A stretch of 64,000 nt of DNA, taken from the NCBI GenBank assembly GCA_963718525.1, contig OY970355.1, forward strand, positions 480,001-544,000. Direction: 5' to 3'. The notes below the pieces were generated by a model that was given only the letters and a program-made list of their open reading frames with translations, ran no database searches and was not told the DNA's origin. A program made the translations under genes and the position numbers. Positions 34,267 through 43,219 of the stretch are shown here, in pieces; position 1 is the stretch's first letter, and each line of letters begins with the position of its first letter. This DNA is from Candidatus Dormiibacterota bacterium. GTDB taxonomy: Bacteria; Chloroflexota; Dormibacteria; Aeolococcales; Aeolococcaceae.

Positions 34267-36022
34267 ATGGCTCCGACCCTCTGCACTTCGGATCGGCCTC
34301 GGCTGCATGCGTCTGCCCACGGACGCGGCAGGCGGCGACGGGGTCGCATACGACACCATCGCGGCCGCCGCGCGGGCCGGGATCACGATCTTCGACACGG
34401 CGCACGCGTATGGCGCCCGCGATACAGCCTCCGGGGAGAACGAGCGCATGGTCGCTCGCGCGCTCCGCAGGTGCGATGCCGCCGGGCGGGCGAAGATCAT
34501 CACCAAGGGTGGGATGACCCGCATCGGCGACGGCTGGTTTCCGGACGGCCGCGCGAGCGCGATTCTCGCCGGCTGCGAGGCAAGCCTTGCGGCGCTGGAC
34601 GGCCTGGCCATCGATCTGTTCCTCATCCACGCGCCAGATCCGAGGACGCCCTGGGCGACCTCGGTCCGCGCGCTCGGGCGGTTGCTTGATCAGCGCTCTG
34701 TCGCTCACGTCGGGCTGTCGAATGTCAACCGACGGCAGCTCGAGGAGGCCACCGAGCTCGTGGAGGTCACGGCGGTCGAGGTCGCCCTGAGCGTGTTCGA
34801 CGACAGCGCCGTACGAGGCGGGCTGCTCGACTTCTGTGAGGACCGCGGGATCACTGTCATCGCCCATTCACCGCTCGGCGGCCCGCGACGAGCGCGTTCA
34901 ATTGCGCGGCGAGCCGAGCTGCGAGACATCGCAAACGCTCGAGGTGCGACACCTGAAGAGGTTGCGCTCACGTGGGTCCTCGATCTGTCTCCGGCGGTGA
35001 TCGCGATCCCCGGAGCGCGCCGCCCGGAAACGGCCCGATCGGCTGCCCGTGCGGCAAGCCTCGCGCTCGATCCGATGGAACAGGCACTCGTCAGGACGGG
35101 CTTCGGTTGGCCGCAGCCGCGGCGAGCCGGCGCGGCATCGATACCCGGCGACGACGGGGAGGTCGTCGTGATCATGGGGATCCCGGGCGCGGGCAAGAGC
35201 CGCCATGCCGAGGACTACGTCGCTCGCGGGTACCTTCGCCTCAACCGTGATGAGCGCGGGGGGTCGCTCCGCCTGATCAACGAGGCAATCGACGAGGCGC
35301 TCGCGTCGGGAACACGCCGGATCGTGCTCGACAACACCTACCTGACCCGCGGCGTGCGCAGCCACGTTCTCGAGGCGGCGGCGCACCATCGCCTGGGAGT
35401 CCGCTGCATCTGGATGGATACGCCGCTCGCGCAGGCGCAGGTCAACATGGTGGAGCGTCTCCTGGACCGCTACGGCACGTTGCCGGCACCGGAAGCTTTG
35501 CGCCTGCTGGAACGCCGCGAGCCTGGAATCCTGACGCCGACCAGGCAGATGAGCGCGTTTCGCCAGCTCGAACCGCCGTCAACCGACGAGGGGTTCAGCG
35601 CGGTCGAGCGGATCCCTTTTACCCGCAACCCGGCGCGGTCGCCGGGTGCCCGATCGGATAGTGCCGGCGGAATGTTCGTGGCAGCCGCAGCGCTCGCGCA
35701 CCCGGACTGGCAGCGGGCGGTCGCGCTCGGGGACCCCAGCGCCGTGCATCTCCTCTTCGAGTGGCGACCTGGCGCGGCCCTCGACGTCCTCGATGACGGA
35801 GCGGCGCGACTCTCAGCCGAGGTCGCGGGAGGCGTGATGCGTGCTCTGTGTCCACACCCGGGTGGGCCGCCGGTGTGCTGGTGCCGGCCACCGCTGCCGG
35901 GCCTGATCCTCGCATTCGCACGAAACCATGGCGTCGACGTGTCGCGATCTGCGCTGGTCGGCGCTGGACCCGCACACCACACGCTCGCCAGAACTCTCGG
36001 GGTTCGCTATCTCCCTGTCTGA
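34267..36022 (+). CDS. aldo/keto reductase fused to a polynucleotide-kinase-like P-loop domain and a degenerate HAD domain
   Basis: IGLGCMRL, FDTAHAY, ITKGG, LIHAPD; GIPGAGKS..RLNRD..VLDNT; CPH..C.CRPP.PG. ATG 34267 is one base out of frame with RIGLGC (in-frame ATG at 34307). Confidence 0.8.
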
Positions 36023-36059
36023 CCTGCACGCCCGGTTGAGGAACTGCGAGAGTTGGCGG

Positions 36060-36800
36060 GTGTCGGAGCACTACGGGGCTCGCTTCTTCGGGGAGCGCGA
36101 GGCGGCGATCTACGACTCGCACGAAGCGGCGATGTTCGATCCCGAAATCGTGACGCCGGTGGTGGACACACTCGCCTCCCTCGCCGGAGACGGCGCCGCG
36201 CTTGAGATGGGCATCGGCACGGGCCGTGTCGCCCTGCCACTTGCGGAACGGGGTGTCCGCGTGCAGGGAATCGACGTTTCAGCGGCGATGGTGGCGCGAC
36301 TGCGCGCCAAACCGGGCAGCGACAGGATCGAGGTTGCGATCGGTGACTTTGCGACCACCCGCGTCGATGGACAGTTCGCGCTCGTCTATCTGATCTTCAA
36401 CACGATCTTCAACCTCAAGACGCAGGACGAGCAGGTGGTCTGCTTCGAGAACGCGGCCGCTCATCTCATCAGCGGCGGTCACTTTGTGATCGAGCTCGGC
36501 GTCCCTGACCTGCAGCGACTTCCACCCGGTCAGAACGTTTTCACGTATCACGTCGACGCTCGCAGTATGTCGTTCGACGTCTACGACGTCGTCACGCAGG
36601 GGTTGACCTCCAACCATTTCATCATCGAAGACGGGAGGGTGAGCTCGTATCCGGTCGAAGGGCGTTACGTCTGGCCGTCGGAACTGGACCTCATGGCGCG
36701 CCTGGCAGGCATGCGTCTCCGAGAGCGCTGGGGTGGTTGGAAACGTGAGCCGTTCACGAATCTCAGTGCGGCGCACGTGTCCGTGTACCAAAAGCCCTGA
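36060..36800 (+). CDS. class I SAM-dependent methyltransferase
   Basis: ALEMGIGTGRVA, GID.S..M, GDF, YVWPSELDLMARLAG. Confidence 0.88.
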   Translation: MSEHYGARFFGEREAAIYDSHEAAMFDPEIVTPVVDTLASLAGDGAALEMGIGTGRVALPLAERGVRVQGIDVSAAMVARLRAKPGSDRIEVAIGDFATTRVDGQFALVYLIFNTIFNLKTQDEQVVCFENAAAHLISGGHFVIELGVPDLQRLPPGQNVFTYHVDARSMSFDVYDVVTQGLTSNHFIIEDGRVSSYPVEGRYVWPSELDLMARLAGMRLRERWGGWKREPFTNLSAAHVSVYQKP

Positions 36801-36848
36801 GGCACCCCGCGCGCGATACCGGAGGGCCAGCACCACTGCGGCACCTTG

Positions 36849-37145
36849 TTACGGGTGCGACGGTGCAGGCGGCGCCCCTTCGACCTCGAACAGGAGGTCA
36901 TCCAGGTAGCAGTAGTACCAGTCCTCTCCGGGCTCGTACGAGCGGATGATCGGATGGCCGATCGCATGGAAGTGCTTGGTGGCGTGCTTTCCGGGAGAGT
37001 TGTCACAGCACCCGACGTGCCCGCATTCCTGGCACACGCGCAGGTGCACCCAATCGTGCCGCCCCGCAGCGAGACATTCGACACAACCGGGTCCCGACGG
37101 TACGACGTCGAGGATCTGGTCGAGATGCCCACAGACTTCGATCAT
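36849..37145 (-). CDS. UBP-type zinc finger protein
   Basis: CVEC..WVHLRVCQECGHVGCCDNSPGKHATKHF..HPIIRSYEPGEDW. Confidence 0.92.
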   Translation of the reverse strand: MIEVCGHLDQILDVVPSGPGCVECLAAGRHDWVHLRVCQECGHVGCCDNSPGKHATKHFHAIGHPIIRSYEPGEDWYYCYLDDLLFEVEGAPPAPSHP

Positions 37146-38089
37146 GTCGGTCTCCTTGACGGGTGATGACTGGAGGGCGCAACGGGTTCACTGAAGTTCG
37201 TCAACTCGGGGCTCCACCCCAACAGCTTCGCGGCACCGCCGTATGACGCGGTCAGAAACGCGCGGATCGAGCGGCGTGGATCCGAGGATGAGAGTGCCGC
37301 GTCATACGGAAAGAGAAACTCACCTGCGTCCGCGCTCCACGCAGCTCCGGGCGGCTCCAGCCTCACCCCCTCGATGCCGTGAGGCGCCGGGTGCGCATAT
37401 GAGAAGAACGTCGGGGCCGCCACACGATGATCTCCGGGCCACCATCCCGTGCAGATCTGTTCTGCGTCCGAACTGAAGCGACTGATGAGACTGTCGCCCG
37501 GCAGCGGATCCGCAGAACGCCCGGAGTATCGCGTCACCGCGAGGTCGAACGTTCCCCAGAAGAAGTGGACCGGCGAGGTCCGGCCCTGAAAGTGCGCGCG
37601 ATGCTCCTTCATCACCAGGTCGATCATCGAGAGCACGCGATGAAAGCGCTTCGCCTGGGCAGCATCGTAGGTTGCGTGAGTGCGGTCCTCGGGAAACGGA
37701 ATGGGATCAGGAACCTCAGAGGGGATCACCGAGATGCTGACGTCGATTCCCATGCGTCGCAGCGCCTCCATCACGTCGTTGTAGAAGTCGGCGACAGGTC
37801 CACCCAGCGGACGGCGCTGCGATTGACCGTCGCTGGTGCGGAGCAGCAACGAATGGTCGTGGAGATCGAACTCGGCATCGAACGAGCGCAGACGGAACGG
37901 GACGGGGGAGGTTGTGAGTCCGCGAGGGGTGACGTAGAGCGGCACGTTCGCCCAGCCCGGCTCGAAGGGGCTCAGCGCCAGGCGCAGCTTGCCGATCACC
38001 TGCGTGTACATGTGCAAGGTGTCTCGGGTGTCACGCCACTCGGCGTATGGCAGAGCCAGCCACTCCCCGGAGGCGTCGCCCATCCTCAC
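37142..38089 (-). CDS. DUF5996 family protein
   Basis: W..LPY.EW.DT.DTLH...Q..GK.RL, YVTPRGLTT, SPVHFFWGTFDLAVTR.SGR, GWWPG. Confidence 0.8.
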   Translation of the reverse strand: MRMGDASGEWLALPYAEWRDTRDTLHMYTQVIGKLRLALSPFEPGWANVPLYVTPRGLTTSPVPFRLRSFDAEFDLHDHSLLLRTSDGQSQRRPLGGPVADFYNDVMEALRRMGIDVSISVIPSEVPDPIPFPEDRTHATYDAAQAKRFHRVLSMIDLVMKEHRAHFQGRTSPVHFFWGTFDLAVTRYSGRSADPLPGDSLISRFSSDAEQICTGWWPGDHRVAAPTFFSYAHPAPHGIEGVRLEPPGAAWSADAGEFLFPYDAALSSSDPRRSIRAFLTASYGGAAKLLGWSPELTNFSEPVAPSSHHPSRRPT

Positions 38090-38168
38090 ATGATGATGCT
38101 GCGGTACTCGCGCGTGGCGGCCGGCGACCGTTGTGGCTCGTCGCTCGGGAGGCTACTGTGGCGGCGGC

Positions 38169-39776
38169 GTGAGCGAGGTACCCACACAGGCCCACCCTGA
38201 AGCTCGTGCATCCACCTGGTCGCCGCTGCGATATGGGGTGTTTCGAGCAATCTGGCTCGCGGTCCTGGTCAGCAACATCGGCCTCTGGATGCAGACGGTC
38301 GGCGCCCAGTGGTTGCTCGTCGAGCAGCCACATGCCTCGATCCTTGTGGCTCTCGTGCAAACCGCGGACATGCTGCCCGACGTGATCTTCGGCGTCGTCG
38401 GAGGCGTGCTGGCTGACTTGTTCGATCGGCGCCGGCTCCTCATCGCGGTGCAGTCCTTCATGGCGGTCGTGGGGATCGCGCTCACGGTGCTGACCATCGC
38501 CGGTCAGATGCCACCGGCGCTGCTGCTCACATTCACGTTCGTCCTCGGCTCAGGCTCTGTGATCTCGCTCCCGGCGTATCAGTCGCTGATTCCAGACCTG
38601 GTTCCCCGAGCCGAGCTCGCCGCCGCGTCGACCCTGGGGTCGATCAGCGTCAACCTCGCGAGAGCGATCGGACCCGCGATTGCGGGCCTGCTCATCGCCA
38701 GAATCGGCGTCGGGGCTGTCTTCGCGATCAACGCGGGGGCGTTTCTGGCGTACGCCATCATCGTCGCCGCCTGGCATCCCAGCGAAGGGTCCTCGACGCA
38801 ACTTCCCGAGCGGTTTGTCTCCGCGCTCCGTGCGGGCGGCCGGTACGTCCGCTACTCGCCGGTGATGCGCCGGATGCTGCTGCGCACGTCGCTGTTCCTG
38901 GTGCCGGGCAGCGCTCTGTGGGCGCTCCTGCCGCTCGTGGCGACTCAGCGCCTGCAGCTCGGCGCGGGCGGCTATGGGCTGCTGCTCGGGGCGCTCGGCG
39001 TTGGCGCGGTCGCGGGCTCATTCCTCCTGCCTCGTCTTCGCGCGCAGCTATCGCCGAACCGTCTGCTGGTTGTCTCAAGCGTCGTGTACGCGGCGGTCAT
39101 GGTCGCGGTCGTGCTCATTCCCAATGCTGTCGTGGCGGTGGTGGTCCTGCTCCCGGCTGGGCTTGCATGGATCACCGTGCTCTCAACGATGAACGCGTCA
39201 TTGCAACTCTTCCTTCCCGAGTGGGTGCGTGCCCGAGGCCTTTCGGTGTATCTGAGCGTGCTGTTCGGCAGCCAGGCGGTCGGAGCCGTCGCCTGGGGTG
39301 TGGTCGCGGCGCCGGAGGGCGTGGTGCCCGCGTACCTGGCAGCCGCCGCGCTGATGCTCGGCGGCGCCGCCACCATCGCGATCTGGCCGCTGATCGACAC
39401 GGCGGCAATGGACCGCCAGACGGTTGCTCTGTCGGAGCCGCAGCTTGCCCTCGACGCCGCACCCGACGAGGGGCCGGTCGTGGTGAGCATCACCTACACA
39501 ATCGCGGCCGACCGGGAGGCGGCGTTCCTGAAGGCCATGATCCGCGTGCGCTTGTCGAGGCTCCGCACCGGGGCCTCGCAGTGGGGCCTCTTCCGCAATG
39601 GTGAGACGGCGCACGAATTCGTCGAGCTCTTCGTCGTGGCCTCCTGGGACGAGCACCTGCGCCAGCACACCGATCGCTTGACCGGGACCGACGCGGAATA
39701 TCTCGACGATGCGAGGTCGCTGTCAGATCCACCCCCGCGCACATCGCACCTGATCGCAGCGGAACCCCCGGACTGA
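38169..39776 (+). CDS. MFS transporter (MFS_3/DUF894 type) with soluble C-terminal domain
   Basis: VSNIGLWMQTVGAQW, GGVLADLFDRRRLL, NLARAIGPA, C-terminal SWDEHLRQH.DR. Confidence 0.88.
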   Translation: MSEVPTQAHPEARASTWSPLRYGVFRAIWLAVLVSNIGLWMQTVGAQWLLVEQPHASILVALVQTADMLPDVIFGVVGGVLADLFDRRRLLIAVQSFMAVVGIALTVLTIAGQMPPALLLTFTFVLGSGSVISLPAYQSLIPDLVPRAELAAASTLGSISVNLARAIGPAIAGLLIARIGVGAVFAINAGAFLAYAIIVAAWHPSEGSSTQLPERFVSALRAGGRYVRYSPVMRRMLLRTSLFLVPGSALWALLPLVATQRLQLGAGGYGLLLGALGVGAVAGSFLLPRLRAQLSPNRLLVVSSVVYAAVMVAVVLIPNAVVAVVVLLPAGLAWITVLSTMNASLQLFLPEWVRARGLSVYLSVLFGSQAVGAVAWGVVAAPEGVVPAYLAAAALMLGGAATIAIWPLIDTAAMDRQTVALSEPQLALDAAPDEGPVVVSITYTIAADREAAFLKAMIRVRLSRLRTGASQWGLFRNGETAHEFVELFVVASWDEHLRQHTDRLTGTDAEYLDDARSLSDPPPRTSHLIAAEPPD

Positions 39777-39805
39777 GTGCTCGTTCGGTCGGGCGCGGGG
39801 GGCGC

Positions 39806-40096
39806 TCAGCTCGCGGCGGTCGTGTCCCGCATCTCGAGCCAGACGAGCCCCTGCAAACCCATTCGGAATCGTCCATCGGCACGCACGACCACCATCAGCA
39901 CGCTCTCGCAGCTGGCGCACCTCAGGACTGCCCCCGGCGAGAGCGGGAACATGTACAGATGCTGGGCGCCCAGCTCGCCGACGGCACCGCACGACGCGCA
40001 TGCACCGCGCGCTGCGGTGATCTCGTGAACGAAGAGTTCCTGCAGCAGGCCGGCCGCGGCATTGCCGTCGAGCCTCAACTCCTGGTCGCTGATCAT
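39806..40096 (-). CDS. small CxxC...CxxC protein (DUF6510-like)
   Basis: LDGNAAAG.L, CASCG, PGAVLRCASC; GGAGG RBS. Confidence 0.78.
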   Translation of the reverse strand: MISDQELRLDGNAAAGLLQELFVHEITAARGACASCGAVGELGAQHLYMFPLSPGAVLRCASCESVLMVVVRADGRFRMGLQGLVWLEMRDTTAAS

Positions 40097-40825
40097 CCTG
40101 TCATCCTCCGGTTGGCCCAAACCGCTCGGTCTTGATGCGCGCGGGGTCGTGTCCGAGATTCACGAGTGCGTCCGCGACGGACTCCACAAGGGGCGTCGGC
40201 CCGCAGACAAAGACCAGGGGTCGCTCGCCTGGCGGCCATGCAACCGCACGGAGCATCTCGGTGTCGATACGCCGCTGATAGCCGTCCCAACCCTCCGGGT
40301 GCGCGCGGGTCAGCGTGTGGACGACCTCCAGCCCGGTGTGCGTCGCGACCAGCGCATCGAGCTCGGCGCGGTAGATGACGTCCTCCAGGGAACGGGACGA
40401 GTACAGCAATCGAGCCGGAACAGTGCTGCCGGCAATCTGACGAAGCCGGAGCATCGCCATCAGCGGACAGATGCCGGAGCCACCGGCCACCAGGAGCAGT
40501 GGACCCCCCAGGGGCACGTCCCACACAAAGTACCCACCGATCGGACCGCGCAGCTCCAGCTGGTCGCTGACACGCAGCTCGCCCGTGAGGTACGGCGACA
40601 CCTCGCCGTCATCCAGACGCTCAACGGTCAGCGCCAGTCGATCGTCGGCACCCGGCGCGGATGCTATCGAGTAGCTGCGTTCGGCCTGGTAACCGTCATC
40701 AGCCGTCAGGCGCACATCCACGTGCTGCCCAGCGCGATGTCCTGGCCATCCGGGGACCGACAGCACGAGCGTCCTCACCTGCGGGGTTTCGTCGACGATC
40801 TCGACGACCGGAGCGGTTCGCCAGA

Positions 40826-41431
<606 letters not shown>

Positions 41432-41662
41432 GCAACCACCTCCACGCCGGCAATTGTGAGCGGCCTCAGAACCTGCTGCAAGGCCGGCCTGGATCTGCTC
41501 GCGACACGTGTCCCTCCGTCCGGGTGGTTTGGCGATGCCCGATTAGGGTATGGTGATGGCATCGCCTCGAATCTCGAGGGGTATCGCTCGTGGTCGTCAT
41601 TCCTTCTCGAACGGACGCGCTGCGTCTGTCATAGAGAATGAGAAGGATTTGGAGAGACCAGA

Positions 41663-41863
41663 ATGACTGGTACCGTAAAGAAGATCGTCGCCGAACGCGG
41701 CTTCGGCTTCATCACCGCCGAGGATGGACAGGAGTATTTCTTCCATCGCAGTGGACTTGACAGTTCGCTGACATTCGAAAATCTCGCGGGCGAAGAGCGC
41801 GTGAGCTTCGAGATCGAGCGGAGCGACAAGGGCCCGCGTGCCCGCCAGGTCCGGGCGGCCTGA
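41663..41863 (+). CDS. cold-shock domain protein
   Basis: GTVK..RGFGFI (RNP1), YFFH (RNP2), KGPRA. Confidence 0.93.
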   Translation: MTGTVKKIVAERGFGFITAEDGQEYFFHRSGLDSSLTFENLAGEERVSFEIERSDKGPRARQVRAA

Positions 41864-41883
41864 TCCTCGCTTCGTGAGGTATC

Positions 41884-41915
41884 CCGGTCGTCGCCGATTC
41901 GTCGGCGATGGCCGG
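41884..41915 (+). terminator. hairpin with TTCG loop downstream of the csp gene
   Basis: CCGGTCGTCGCCGA-TTCG-TCGGCGATGGCCGG, 14-bp stem including G-U pairs. Confidence 0.55.
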
Positions 41916-41944
41916 AACCTCGCTTTCGCCTAGAGTGAACGCTC

Positions 41945-42166
41945 ATGGCGGACGAAACCCTGGACCGTTCGGCGACCCCGAGCGATCCCGAAACAGCTGA
42001 ATCCGGCGCCGACGTCATCGAGGAGGAGGACCATCCGGCGGATGACAGCTTCCTGCTCGGCGTGCCAGGTGTCGAGGAGGAGGTGCTCGCGGAGCTGGCT
42101 CGTGCAGAAGCGAGCCTGCATGACCCCGAGCTCCCCGCGGATGAGAGTGACGGCTCTGTCGTGTGA
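41945..42166 (+). CDS. small acidic hypothetical protein
   Basis: 73 aa, D/E-rich; GTGA overlap with the next gene; TAGAGT 8 nt upstream of ATG. Confidence 0.55.
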   Translation: MADETLDRSATPSDPETAESGADVIEEEDHPADDSFLLGVPGVEEEVLAELARAEASLHDPELPADESDGSVV

Positions 42167-43188
42167 CGCGTGAGCGCATAGACCTGGTGCCGGAGGCGAC
42201 GCGCCGGAAGCTGCCGATCCCGATCCGGCGCGTGTTGACTGTGGTCATCGGGCTGGCGGGCATCGCCGCCGTGATCCTCTTCCTCAACCCATCTCGGGTG
42301 GGCAGCGCGTTGGAGCATTTTCAACTGGGGCTCATCGCTCCGATCCTGCTGCTCTCAATGCTCGTCTACATCCTGCAGGGGATTCGATGGCATTTCCTGC
42401 TGGTCGACATCGGCAGCAAGCTCCGTTTGCGCGACACCATCCTCATCAACCTCGCGGGCCAGACCATCACCGCGCTCGTCCCGCTGGGCGATCTCACGCG
42501 CGCGGCGTTTGCCAGCGCTGCTGACGGCATCGACTTCGGCACCGTCGCGGCCACGGTCACGGTGCAGGAGCTTTCATACATGCTCTGGCTCATCCTCGCT
42601 GCGCTGCCGGCAATACTCGCGCTCGGTTATGGGCTCGCGGCGGTGATCCCCGTTGCGCTGGGCATCGCGTTGATCATGGTCGTGCTCACCGTTTCGCCGG
42701 TGTTTTGCCGGCTTCACGACCTCGTTGCGCACATACCGTTTCTCAACAAGCTGCTTCCGGCCATCGAGGAGCTGCAGCAGGAGACCTCCATGCTGCTGCA
42801 CCGTCGCGACGCCCTCGCACTCTCAGTGCTCGACGCCGCTCGAGTCGTTGTCGCCGTCACGACGTTCTGGCTGGTGCTCCAGGGGTTGGAGCCTGGCAAG
42901 GCCGGCTGGTGGCAGGCTGCGTTCGTGCTCGCACTTGCAACCGTCGGCGGCGCCGTGAGTCTCATCCCCGGTGGCGTGGGAGCGAACGAGGCGAGCGTTG
43001 CCGCGCTCCTCATCTTTCTCGGATTCAACTCGGGAAGCGCCGGGGCGGCGGCCATCATCCAGCGCGGGCTCATGACCGGCCTGTCGCTCATCGTCGGCTT
43101 CGGCGCGTACGCCATGATCAACAAGCGCCTGCACCTGGGAGGGATCTTCCAGGTGTTCACACGACGGCCGGCTCCAGCTCGGGCGTAG
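42163..43188 (+). CDS. lysylphosphatidylglycerol synthase TM/flippase-like (UPF0104) membrane protein
   Basis: RW..LL, P.GD..RA, IPGGVGANE; multiple TM helices. Confidence 0.8.
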   Translation: MTRERIDLVPEATRRKLPIPIRRVLTVVIGLAGIAAVILFLNPSRVGSALEHFQLGLIAPILLLSMLVYILQGIRWHFLLVDIGSKLRLRDTILINLAGQTITALVPLGDLTRAAFASAADGIDFGTVAATVTVQELSYMLWLILAALPAILALGYGLAAVIPVALGIALIMVVLTVSPVFCRLHDLVAHIPFLNKLLPAIEELQQETSMLLHRRDALALSVLDAARVVVAVTTFWLVLQGLEPGKAGWWQAAFVLALATVGGAVSLIPGGVGANEASVAALLIFLGFNSGSAGAAAIIQRGLMTGLSLIVGFGAYAMINKRLHLGGIFQVFTRRPAPARA

Positions 43189-43219
43189 CCATCCGGTACG
43201 CGTCCACACTTGCCCCAAC

